From: Candidatus Micrarchaeia archaeon
GTDB lineage: Archaea > Micrarchaeota > Micrarchaeia > CABMEP01
DNA: 64,000 nt
Direction of reading: 5' to 3'
NCBI GenBank assembly: GCA_038886535.1
Contig: JAVZXS010000001.1
Span: 160,001 to 224,000, forward strand
The notes under the pieces: model-generated
What the model was told of the DNA's origin: nothing
Databases searched by the model: none
Seen by the model: the letters and a program-made list of their open reading frames with translations, nothing else
Shown here: one piece after another, positions 50,377 through 59,646 of the stretch
Numbering within the stretch: the first letter of the stretch is position 1
Layout: the number at the start of each line of letters is the position of its first letter
Translations under genes and position numbers: made by a program

Positions 50377-50892
50377 ATGAAACCACAAGAAAACAAAAAT
50401 GAAGAGTTCGAAAATACGCTTGAATACAAGGTTGCGAATTTCAAGAAAGAGGCAAACGAAGAAATCGCAGCTCTTGAAAGAGAGATCGCTAAGCTAAGAG
50501 ATCCCACCGTCCATTCCGCTCTTATGTATCTTTCAGTTAAAGAAAAGGAGAACACTAATCGATTATTAAAAAATATATACGCGAGGCTTGACCAGCTCGA
50601 GGAAAAATTGAAGCAGATGGAACAGAAATTAAGCAGCGTTGGCACTGTACCCTCAAATTCAGCGCCAGCGCTCTTGCTCTCATCAGTTGATCAAAAGATA
50701 ATCGATTACATAAAAGAAAACGGTCCCTCCTCTGCAGAGACCATACAAAAGGTTTTTGCATACAAGGGAAGAAATGCCGCATCTGCAAGATTGAATAAAC
50801 TTGCAACATTCGGCTATCTTGTAAAGCAGAGGGCAGGAAAAGTAATTTATTATGCTTACCCAGATAATCAAAGCGAGGCGAATTTGAGGTAG
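50377..50892 (+). CDS. coiled-coil plus C-terminal winged-helix DNA-binding protein
   Basis: Heptad region LDQLEEKLKQMEQKL; LSSVDQKIIDYIKENG...SARLNKLATFGYLVKQRAGKVIYY wHTH. Confidence 0.8.
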   Translation: MKPQENKNEEFENTLEYKVANFKKEANEEIAALEREIAKLRDPTVHSALMYLSVKEKENTNRLLKNIYARLDQLEEKLKQMEQKLSSVGTVPSNSAPALLLSSVDQKIIDYIKENGPSSAETIQKVFAYKGRNAASARLNKLATFGYLVKQRAGKVIYYAYPDNQSEANLR

Positions 50893-51025
50893 TGTGCGAG
50901 GCGACAAAGAGGCGGGGGTTATGACCAACCCCCAATCATACTTATGGGCGGGTGAGAACTCCCACACATTCCCGCCCTACTCTAATTTTATTTTATTACT
51001 TATTGCGATCATTGATAAAGGATTT

Positions 51026-51898
51026 TTAGTTATCTTTTTCGTTTGTTTTTCCATCTTTTTTTGATTCATCACTTTGAAATTCACCTTCGTTTTGTTTATT
51101 TTTATTTTTTTCCATTTCTATTTTTTTTGTCTTAATCAATCGTTCTTTACCGGTCTTTAAAACATGAAATAGATGTGTTATCCAATATAGATCCATGCAT
51201 TTGTTAACGAAACTTATTACTGTATTTGGTTCTTCCTTCATTAAAATATCAAATATAATAAATTCATTTTGTATTTCCTTTTTGTATTCTTTTGTCTTTT
51301 CAATTAATTCATTTATCCATTTTCTGGATTCGATACAAGTACATATCGTATTTTTACACATATACAAATGATTAATAAATTCATGTCCTTCCTTTGTATC
51401 AAGTATATTAAATAATGGATCTATTATTTCTATTTCCGATGCATATTTATTTTTGAGGCCGATGGCATTAAGCCATCCAATTTCTTCAGGAGTAATAGTG
51501 AAAAATTTACTTCCCATTATAGAATACATTGTTCTTGTAAGTTCCCAGTAGGGTTTCTCAATCTTCTTATTTTTTTTACCAAAGAATAAATTGAATATCA
51601 TCTTTGGGTTAGAACCAGAACGTCTAACTGCAGTTAATACATCTTCTGCCGCATTCATTTTTCTTTCCCATATAACAGAATTTGATTTAGCCTTTGATAA
51701 CACTTCAATAAGTTTTTCCTTTTCCAATTCTTTATAATTCACTTTAGAAAAAGTATCTCCTATACTTAGTATTATTTCTTCCACGGGAACTTGTTTTTTT
51801 AACTTCAGATAGATCTCCTTTTCTTTCGCACTTAATTTGAAAAAAACATTTTTATCAAGTTGTCTACTATATTTTTCATTGTCAAAATTAAATTTCAT
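51026..51898 (-). CDS. hypothetical protein
   Basis: 290-aa AT-rich ORF; no recognised motif. Confidence 0.65.
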   Translation of the reverse strand: MKFNFDNEKYSRQLDKNVFFKLSAKEKEIYLKLKKQVPVEEIILSIGDTFSKVNYKELEKEKLIEVLSKAKSNSVIWERKMNAAEDVLTAVRRSGSNPKMIFNLFFGKKNKKIEKPYWELTRTMYSIMGSKFFTITPEEIGWLNAIGLKNKYASEIEIIDPLFNILDTKEGHEFINHLYMCKNTICTCIESRKWINELIEKTKEYKKEIQNEFIIFDILMKEEPNTVISFVNKCMDLYWITHLFHVLKTGKERLIKTKKIEMEKNKNKQNEGEFQSDESKKDGKTNEKDN

Positions 51899-52017
51899 AG
51901 TCTCAAATTTTAAACGCAGTATATATTTTTAAATATTCTTATTTTGATACCAAAAACACAACTAATAGTATCAAATTTAGCTTAATAAGACAATCGATTC
52001 CACATAAAAGTAGATAA

Positions 52018-52092
52018 TGGGCCGGGGGAGATTTGAACTCCCGACCTCGTGATTATCAGTCACGCGCTCCAACCTGGCTAAGCTACCGGCCC
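52018..52092 (-). tRNA. tRNA-Ile(GAT)
   Basis: Cloverleaf; CGTGA-CTGATAA-TCACG anticodon arm; TTCAAAT T-loop. Confidence 0.96.
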
Positions 52093-52244
52093 TTTAAAGT
52101 GATCTATTAAAATAATTTTATTACATATTGTAGTGAAACTTAAAATATCTTTCTTTTTGAATCTCTATTTCTACCCATTGAACCTTTATAAATTTATTTA
52201 ATAATTATTTATCTGGCACCAATTGAATTATCAAGAGGCAGACG

Positions 52245-53225
52245 ATGAGAATAACACTTTCAGATGGAAGAGTATTAGGTATAGAAACATCTAAAGATGC
52301 AGATATAGTGTATATATCACATGCTCATTCTGATCATTCTAGAAAGGGAAACATATTTTCATCGCAGCAAACCTTCGATCTTCTTAATTTAGATGGAAAG
52401 ACGTCGATATTACATAAAATAGATAAAGATGTTAATCTATACCCTGCAGGACATATTCTTGGCTCTACTCAAATAGAATTTACAAATGGCCATTCGGTTG
52501 TATATACTGGAGATATGAAACTTAGAGAAGGTTTTACTAGTGAGAGAGCAGAAATAATAAGATGTGATGAGTTACATATAGATTGTACATTTGGCCATCC
52601 TGATTTTGAATTTGATTCAAAAGAGGTAATTGCTGATAGAATAGACAGATGGACAAGAACAAGGTTAATGGTCGGGAATAATGTAGTTTTTGGAGCCTAT
52701 TCAACAGGAAAGGCACAGGAGCTTATCTATATATTAAACAAGTATTCAAATATTACTCCTGTCGTTGATCAAAGCATAGAAGAAAAATGTAAAATATACG
52801 AAAAATATGGAATAAGGCTTGATAGAGTTGTTATTGGTAGTAAAGAAGCTGCTGAAATAATGAAAGATAAGTTTGTTTATATAATTCCATTTAATCTTGT
52901 TAATCCACAATCCGAAAAATGGTTAACTACTCAATATAAACAAGTTTCATTTGCAATTGTTACAGGTTGGGCTAAGAAATATAGATATAAGTATCATGCT
53001 TTTCCTTTAAGCGATCATGCAGGTTTCTCTGAAATATTAGCTTATATTGAGGAGTCTGATGCAAAAGAGATTATTTGTCATTATGGAAATGCTATGTTTA
53101 TGAGTAAATACTTACGCTCAAAAGGTTATAATTCATTCACAGATAAAGAATGGGAATACAGAAATAGATTTAATGAACCTTTAACAAAAAGTTCAATTAA
53201 AGAACAATTAACGATTTCAATTTGA
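52245..53225 (+). CDS. metallo-beta-lactamase/beta-CASP nuclease
   Basis: SHAHSDH, AGHILGS, YTGD, DCTFG, YSTGKAQE, LSDHAG. Confidence 0.9.
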   Translation: MRITLSDGRVLGIETSKDADIVYISHAHSDHSRKGNIFSSQQTFDLLNLDGKTSILHKIDKDVNLYPAGHILGSTQIEFTNGHSVVYTGDMKLREGFTSERAEIIRCDELHIDCTFGHPDFEFDSKEVIADRIDRWTRTRLMVGNNVVFGAYSTGKAQELIYILNKYSNITPVVDQSIEEKCKIYEKYGIRLDRVVIGSKEAAEIMKDKFVYIIPFNLVNPQSEKWLTTQYKQVSFAIVTGWAKKYRYKYHAFPLSDHAGFSEILAYIEESDAKEIICHYGNAMFMSKYLRSKGYNSFTDKEWEYRNRFNEPLTKSSIKEQLTISI

Positions 53226-53250
53226 AGTTGATCTAACTTTACTCTTAAAT

Positions 53251-54312
53251 TTAGCAGCTCATATGTTTCCTTAAAAATTTGTAAGCATAAATTATTGAAC
53301 TTATTAATCCAATTGTTTCAATTATATTTTCTTTCCATTTTTTAAGGTCTCCATGTATGCCTTTTCCTGGTATTAAAACAAGCTCTACTTTTTTATTTTC
53401 TTGCTTTAGTGTTTTATATATCTTCAATGAACCAGTAACTGGAACTATATCATCCATGATACCATGTTCGATTAATAACGGTACTTTTAAATCCTTACAA
53501 TAAGTAATTGGTGATCCATTAGTAAACAGATAACTATCAGAAGTATCGGTTATTCCTAGACTTTCAACATATTTATTATAATCCGATAAAACTCTACGAG
53601 TATTTTCAGGTATATCTCTTTCTTTAAGTTTGTTTTTCATATAATTAAATTGCTCTGCTAAATCATCAAAAGGTGAAATAGATATTCCACATTTGATGTT
53701 ATGTCTTTCTACGAACTCTTGTGAAGAACAGGCTTTGTACACAATAATGTTTCCACCACTAAGTCCAATTATTGCACTTTTATTCTCTAGCAGTTCTTTT
53801 TCTTGATATTTAGTTTTAAGAAAATCAAATGCATCCATGTAATCTTCTGCCTCTGTGCTTTTTAGTTCATTTCTTGATCTTACGCTAAATACACGATAAC
53901 CAAGACAGGCAATAATTTTACCAACCATTGAAAAGTTAAAAAGATCTCTTTTATATCCGCTATCAAACGCAATTAGAGGTAAAGGATTTTTTGTATCTGA
54001 ACTGTATATTATTCCTTCTATGGCTTCTTTATTTCTATTGAGGTACCAGAACCGCTTAGATTTTATTTCATTTATTTTTCTTAACTTCAAGATTACACTT
54101 GGAAGATAAAATGTAGTTTGAAGAGTAAAGTTAATCAAAGAAGGAGTATCATTTATCACATATATATCTTCTATTTTTTTCTTTCTATATGTTTGATTAA
54201 AAAATTCGCCTATTTGTTCTATTGCTAATTTTATGATTTTAAATACATTTTGATTATTTTCATTGGAAATTTCATTTTTTAATTTGTATTTTGCCATATG
54301 AAAATAAAACAT
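53251..54312 (-). CDS. alpha/beta hydrolase (S9 peptidase/esterase-like)
   Basis: GLSGGN nucleophile elbow, PLLIEHGIMDDIVP, IHG. Confidence 0.82.
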   Translation of the reverse strand: MFYFHMAKYKLKNEISNENNQNVFKIIKLAIEQIGEFFNQTYRKKKIEDIYVINDTPSLINFTLQTTFYLPSVILKLRKINEIKSKRFWYLNRNKEAIEGIIYSSDTKNPLPLIAFDSGYKRDLFNFSMVGKIIACLGYRVFSVRSRNELKSTEAEDYMDAFDFLKTKYQEKELLENKSAIIGLSGGNIIVYKACSSQEFVERHNIKCGISISPFDDLAEQFNYMKNKLKERDIPENTRRVLSDYNKYVESLGITDTSDSYLFTNGSPITYCKDLKVPLLIEHGIMDDIVPVTGSLKIYKTLKQENKKVELVLIPGKGIHGDLKKWKENIIETIGLISSIIYAYKFLRKHMSC

Positions 54313-54434
54313 TTGGTATATATAAATATTATTTAAAGGCTACAATTTGGTTTGTTGAAAATTGTGTAATTAATCAGAAAAAATAAAAAAACAAAAAAAG
54401 AAACCCACAAGGATTTATTAACGCATTGTGAATT

Positions 54435-54680
54435 TTATATTTTTTCTCCTACTGCGCTTTTTCCACGAACTTGTGTTATTTTTACTTTACAAGATTCTCC
54501 TGCAGATGTTCCAGGGACGAATATAACAAATCCTTGGATTTTTCCTATTCCATCTCCCTTCCCACCAACAGCTTCTATTGTAAGGTCGACTTCGTCACCT
54601 TCCTTTACAGGTTTAGGTGCAAAATTTCCGCGGCCGCGGAATCTTCCGCGTCTGAATCCGCCACGTCTTTCTTCTTCCAT
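54435..54680 (-). CDS. stand-alone TRAM-domain RNA-binding protein
   Basis: PKPVKEGDEVDLTIEAVGGKGDGIGKIQGFVIFVP; Arg/Gly-rich N-terminus. Confidence 0.93.
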   Translation of the reverse strand: MEEERRGGFRRGRFRGRGNFAPKPVKEGDEVDLTIEAVGGKGDGIGKIQGFVIFVPGTSAGESCKVKITQVRGKSAVGEKI

Positions 54681-54929
54681 TATTTCACACTCCAGATTCT
54701 GTCTTTAGTGGGACGTATTCTTTTTCTCAATCAAGCAAAGCAAAATCAGCAATCATCTTAGATGTACTGTTTGTTTTCTTGTGAGAATTAGTATTTTAAT
54801 CCCACATACTTTGTAATATAATATCAGATAATGTTTATATATCTATGTATCTTTTATGTGCAGCCTGATTGTAATTATTAAGTTTTTAAATTTAATCTGA
54901 CATTAATTAATAGAAGATAGGGTGGTATT

Positions 54930-55613
54930 TTGCCAAATAACAAAAAAGATGAGAAACTAGATATTCAAGAGGAAACAGCTTCTTTTTTAGACATTAATCC
55001 AAAAGAGATGAAACGTTCTCTAATTTCAAATATAAAGAAACAATTAATTCTTTTTTCTATATCTCCCTTTACTACAGATGTCGTTCTTTCATATAAAATA
55101 GTCTATGATTTTCTAACTTCAAATCCAAATAAAAAGGCAGTATGGTTTTCAATCGACAAGCCAGTTAACAAAGTTGTTAAGGAATTCAAAGATAATGGAT
55201 TTGATATTCAAGACCATAGCGAAAGAATAATCTTTATTGATGCAATTAGTAAACCAATTGCAGATTCAAAGAATAATAAAAATTTTACTGTCAACTTTAT
55301 AGAAAATCCGGACAATCTAGTTGAGATCTCAATGACGCTTCAAGATATATTTTCCGATCCGGCAATTGAAATTGCAGTGATTGATTCTTTAAATGGACTT
55401 CTCGCATTCAACAGTGAAAAAAATGTGTTAAAATTTATGCGTTTCTTATCAACTATTGCAGAAGAAACAGACACAGCCATTATATCAGTTTTTTATAAAG
55501 ATGAATATCCTAAGGAATTAGAATCAGCATTTCAAATTCCTTGTGATGGATTGCTTCAAGTAAACGAAGATAAAATAGTCTTAAAAAAGAAATTAGAGAC
55601 AATAACAATTTGA
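54930..55613 (+). CDS. inactive RecA/KaiC-like fold protein
   Basis: IIFIDAIS, IAVIDSLNGLL, CDGLL; no Walker A lysine. Confidence 0.7.
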   Translation: MPNNKKDEKLDIQEETASFLDINPKEMKRSLISNIKKQLILFSISPFTTDVVLSYKIVYDFLTSNPNKKAVWFSIDKPVNKVVKEFKDNGFDIQDHSERIIFIDAISKPIADSKNNKNFTVNFIENPDNLVEISMTLQDIFSDPAIEIAVIDSLNGLLAFNSEKNVLKFMRFLSTIAEETDTAIISVFYKDEYPKELESAFQIPCDGLLQVNEDKIVLKKKLETITI

Positions 55614-55652
55614 CTTATATATGGTCATAGTTGTTATTGATAGAGTGATTTA

Positions 55653-56693
55653 ATGAAAAGATTTATTCTATTGCTTGCTTTTTGTATGATTTTTCTTCCA
55701 TCAATTCATTTACAAATAGCAAATGAGCAGCTCTTTGTAAGTATCAAATCAATAGACACGATTATTAATATAAATTCAACCACAAATTTAAGTAAAATAA
55801 TCCCTAATTACGAATATATTATTCCAATAACAATTAGTTGGAATGTTCCTGATACTTCTCTAAAAAATATAAATGCGGAAAATATTACTATATTTATTAA
55901 AGCCACAATTGAAAGCGGAAATGAATTTGTCTATTTTAAAGATGACAATAAAAGAGTTAATACTAGCTATATTATACTAGTTTGTCATCTAGATAAAAAA
56001 TCATTAAGTGAGTCATTATGTAGTTTTAATTCAAGCTTGACAAAATCAATAAATGCCTATGTTTATTTAAACAGTTCAAAATCAAATGAAATAAATTCAA
56101 CTATACTTTTTAGTGCAAGTTTAACTCCATTTGAGGATTTTATTCCAATATATCAAGAATCTCTGTCTCTTCGAAAAGAATTGGATGAAATTAAAAAGAA
56201 TGTAAACATTTCAGATCCAGTACTAGAAACTAAAATTAACGAAATAGAGGAAGCCATCAACGCTTTTCATGTAGAAGAAGCAAGAACAGGAATTACAGAT
56301 CTTAATTTAAAGACAGGAAATCTACTTGGTTTATTTTCTTTGATACCTGCTAAAATTAATTCACTTTTGATGTCGCTCTTTAGTTTCTTAGCTCCAACTT
56401 CAAAAGTTTATATTCCAATTTTCTTATCAATTATAATAATTATATCTGCTCTGATTCTAAATCTAAGAAGAGGATCAAAATACGGAATAATAATAGCTGC
56501 AATATTGGTTATTTTTGCATCTTTATTTTCATTATTAGACCAATTAATTTTGATTTTAATTGATTTATTACTAGTTATATTAATTCTTTCTATCATATAT
56601 GCCAGAAAAAATAACGGTAAGAGAAGATTCAGAGCAAGCGACAATTATTTAGATTCTGATTATGAGGAACTTATAAAGAGAAGAAATAGGTAA
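55653..56693 (+). CDS. membrane-anchored surface protein, unknown function
   Basis: Signal peptide, sequon-rich beta domain, helical stalk, C-terminal TM helices and basic tail. Confidence 0.75.
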   Translation: MKRFILLLAFCMIFLPSIHLQIANEQLFVSIKSIDTIININSTTNLSKIIPNYEYIIPITISWNVPDTSLKNINAENITIFIKATIESGNEFVYFKDDNKRVNTSYIILVCHLDKKSLSESLCSFNSSLTKSINAYVYLNSSKSNEINSTILFSASLTPFEDFIPIYQESLSLRKELDEIKKNVNISDPVLETKINEIEEAINAFHVEEARTGITDLNLKTGNLLGLFSLIPAKINSLLMSLFSFLAPTSKVYIPIFLSIIIIISALILNLRRGSKYGIIIAAILVIFASLFSLLDQLILILIDLLLVILILSIIYARKNNGKRRFRASDNYLDSDYEELIKRRNR

Positions 56694-56713
56694 GTAAGAA
56701 TCTAAAAATATAA

Positions 56714-57006
56714 TGGAGCGGCAGACTATAGTCGATCTTTTGTATATGCAGCATTCGACTAAGCGGCTCAAAGGCCTTGCATCTCATCGTGTGATGTGAG
56801 TCGTTTCATTCAACTGTATCGTCTCCTTTCGTCATTCTCATCCTTTACAGTTGATTCGTTTCTAGTCTCACATCATGCCCTTAAAGCATTTTTTCACTCG
56901 ATGGATCGAACTTCCTCAGAAATAACAGAGTTTTTCGAACTCTTTAGCACATCTGCTATTTGAGATCGATAACTGTTATTTCCGTTAGCTGCAGTCCACC
57001 ACTCCA
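56714..57006 (-). ncRNA. rnpB: RNase P RNA
   Basis: Reverse strand: P1 TGGAGTGGTGGACT/AGTCTGCCGCTCCA; P2 TGCAGC/GCTGCA; CR-I GAGGAAGTTCGATC pairing with CR-V ACAAAAGATCGACTA (P4 with bulged U); CR-II AGAAAC; CR-III TGAAAC; GCAAG; CR-IV CCGCTTAG; TATA box upstream. Confidence 0.93.
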
Positions 57007-57026
57007 AAGTATTTACTAAATCAGAG

Positions 57027-57034
57027 TATATAAA
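57027..57034 (-). promoter_or_regulatory. TATA box of rnpB
   Basis: TTTATATA on the minus strand 21-28 bp upstream of the RNA 5' end. Confidence 0.7.
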
Positions 57035-57094
57035 TCTAACTTTTAATCTAAAAATTGTAAGCAAAGATAAATAGAACAAATTAAAAAGAAATCG

Positions 57095-57286
57095 TTAATC
57101 TTTTGTACCTAGTGCTTTGGAGATTATATCTAAGATACAGAATCCAGTAAATGCACCCTGTATCATCATCAAAGCCACAAAAGCAGCGAGTGCAATACCT
57201 ATGGTTACATTACCACTATAAGCCAAAAACGCCCCTATAAGAATAAGTAATCCTCTTCCAAGGTCCCTAATTTGTGCCATTTTCAT
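57095..57286 (-). CDS. small membrane protein, YgaP/DUF2892-like
   Basis: Two TM helices and QGAFTGFC motif; AGGTGGAG SD. Confidence 0.75.
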   Translation of the reverse strand: MKMAQIRDLGRGLLILIGAFLAYSGNVTIGIALAAFVALMMIQGAFTGFCILDIISKALGTKD

Positions 57287-57314
57287 ATTTTCTCCACCTT
57301 CGCAATGTTTTTAG

Positions 57315-57389
57315 CGGGCCCGAGGGGATTTGAACCCCTGACCTGCCGGTTAAAAGCCGGACGCTCTGGCCAAGCTGAGCTACGGGCCC
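57315..57389 (-). tRNA. tRNA-Lys(TTT)
   Basis: Cloverleaf; GGGCCCG acceptor; loop CTTTTAA; TTCAAAT T-loop. Confidence 0.95.
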
Positions 57390-57929
57390 ATAAAGATATA
57401 AAAGAGATTAGTAAATATTATTGCCAGATTATTTTATTAAATGTTTCTATTTTAACTAAACGGACGTTAGAAATTTTTGTATATTATTTTTGTTATTTTT
57501 ATATGTAGTTTTCAAAGAAAGATGAAAGAATCAGCTAGTTTGGAAAAGGACATTAAATTTCAAAAATCAATTTCTGAGAATATCGATGATAAATTTAGTA
57601 AGATACTTCCTTTAGGAATAGTTGATTTTTGTTTAAAATCTGATGAGCCAATAGATTTTTCTTTTATTATATCTAATGGAATTGATAATATTAAAATTAT
57701 TCGATTAAATTCATACAAATGATAATTTTTTCCTTTGTTGCAAGAAAAACATGCAAGCAAATAAAAATAACTTTATAAGAAAGATATCTAAAACAGATGA
57801 ATTGTGCCACAATGCAGAAATTATGACTTTGAAAACGCTTTTAATTACTTATGCATATGCTTCTAGTCATGATCCATTTAAAATAGATTCAATTCAAGAT
57901 AAAATAAAATTAGAAGTTAGTTCAGTCTG

Positions 57930-59399
57930 TTATATTTCTATCTTCTTAAATAGCATTACTGCTTTTAATTCATGCCCTTCTTTTAGAACTGGTTTTTCAA
58001 CATCTTTCCATTCAGGTTTTATACCGAGTGATTCACATGCGATTTTTCCAGAATTTGGCATGAATGGATAATATAAAAGTACAGATGTCCTAAGAAGCTG
58101 AGCTCCGAAATTAAGGACTGAACCTGCCTTTTCTTTATCTTCCTTAATTATTTTCCAAGGTTCATTTTCTTGGATGTATTTATTTGCGATTGTTGAAACC
58201 TCTACTGCAGTTGAAAGCGCTTTTGTAAGTTCATATTCCTGCATTTCGCTTTCATATCTTTTTACAAGAGAGGAGATCTGATTAAGAATTTCATTTTCCT
58301 TTTCGCCATATTTTGCTGAAGGAAGCTTTCCATTATAGTTTTTCTGTATAAAGGAAGTTATTCTATAGAAAAGATTGCTATAATTTGCAACAACCTCGTT
58401 ATTTATTCTCTCTTTAAGTGCAACTTCTGAGAAATCTCCATCCTCACCAAGAGAAATGTCTCTTAACATGTAATATCTAATTCCATCAATTGTATATTTT
58501 TCAGAGAGACTAACAGGGTCTATTACATTTCCTAAAGATTTAGACATCTTTTGACCGTTTACTGTAAAGAATCCATGCACATACATAGTTTTTGGTAGAG
58601 GATATCCTGCAGACATCAGCATACCTATCCAAGTTATGCAATGGAATCTCGCAATATCTTTTCCAAGAAGTTGGACCTCTGGTGGCCAGTATTTTTCAGG
58701 TAATAGATAATTAATCAATGCATCAAACCATACCCAAAACTTGTGATCCTTGTCTATAGGAAGATCTATTCCCCATTTTAAACCTGGTCTTGAGATAGAT
58801 GTATCAATTAAACCTTGCTTAAGGAAGCTAATTATTTCATTTCTTCTTTTTTCTGGCTTTATGAAATCAGGGTTTTTTTCTATATGTTCCAATATCTTGT
58901 CTCTATACTTAGATAGTTTAAAATAGTAATTTTCTTCTCTTATCTTCTTTAGCTGTTTTTTGTGAATAGGACACAACCCATCTGGTGCATCTTTTTCCAG
59001 TTTAAACTCTTCACATCCGTCGCAATATAATCCTTCATACACTCCTTTATATATATCTCCCTTTTCATAGATTTTGGTAAAGAACTTGATAACATTTTTC
59101 TTATGTCTTTCCTCTGTAGTTCTTATGAAGTCATCATAAGTAAGATTTAGCTTCTGCCACGCGTTTTTCCATTTTTCAGCCATTTCATCTGTGTATTTTT
59201 GTATATCACTGTATCCCTTTGCCTCTGCAGCCTGAACCGTCTTTACTGAATTTTCATCAAGTCCAGTTAAGAAGAAAGTATCGTCCCCTTTCATTCTATG
59301 CCATATTGCAAGAATGTCTGCAATTATTGTAGTGTATGCGCTTCCAATATGTGGTAGATCATTAATATAATATATTGGAGTTGTAACATAGAATTTCAT
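57930..59399 (-). CDS. metG: methionine--tRNA ligase (short, single-knuckle type)
   Basis: YVTTPIYY, HIGS, TGLDEN, WVWFDALINY, GKDIARFH, KMSKS; no C-terminal tRNA-binding appendix. Confidence 0.97.
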   Translation of the reverse strand: MKFYVTTPIYYINDLPHIGSAYTTIIADILAIWHRMKGDDTFFLTGLDENSVKTVQAAEAKGYSDIQKYTDEMAEKWKNAWQKLNLTYDDFIRTTEERHKKNVIKFFTKIYEKGDIYKGVYEGLYCDGCEEFKLEKDAPDGLCPIHKKQLKKIREENYYFKLSKYRDKILEHIEKNPDFIKPEKRRNEIISFLKQGLIDTSISRPGLKWGIDLPIDKDHKFWVWFDALINYLLPEKYWPPEVQLLGKDIARFHCITWIGMLMSAGYPLPKTMYVHGFFTVNGQKMSKSLGNVIDPVSLSEKYTIDGIRYYMLRDISLGEDGDFSEVALKERINNEVVANYSNLFYRITSFIQKNYNGKLPSAKYGEKENEILNQISSLVKRYESEMQEYELTKALSTAVEVSTIANKYIQENEPWKIIKEDKEKAGSVLNFGAQLLRTSVLLYYPFMPNSGKIACESLGIKPEWKDVEKPVLKEGHELKAVMLFKKIEI

Positions 59400-59646
59400 T
59401 CTATCCCCTGTTCATAATCACCAGAAATATGGTTATAAAAAATATATAAATTACACAATATATTTATCAGTTGATATATTTTATAATTTAACTGTTTAAT
59501 TCGTCTGTTCAAATAAGTTATTAATTTATTCGAATAAAGATTATTAGTAGTGGGGGGTCAGATTAAGTTTATTAAGATATCGCTGTTGAAATTTTAAATG
59601 TTTAAAGTATCTTTATTTTCTAGTCTGTGATATTTAATGTGATAAA

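Noticed and set aside
51026..52092. Orphan gene at the 3' side of tRNA-Ile as an integrated element
   Set aside because: No integrase and no duplicated tRNA 3' end (att site) seen
56894..57079. 61-aa minus-strand ORF
   Set aside because: Overlaps the RNase P RNA and its promoter
57272..57508. 78-aa plus-strand ORF
   Set aside because: Antisense translation of tRNA-Lys
59400..59646. AT-rich metG-mcm gap with a G6 run as a possible replication origin
   Set aside because: No ORB-like TTCCAGTGGAA repeats and no cdc6/orc1 nearby; divergent promoters explain the gap
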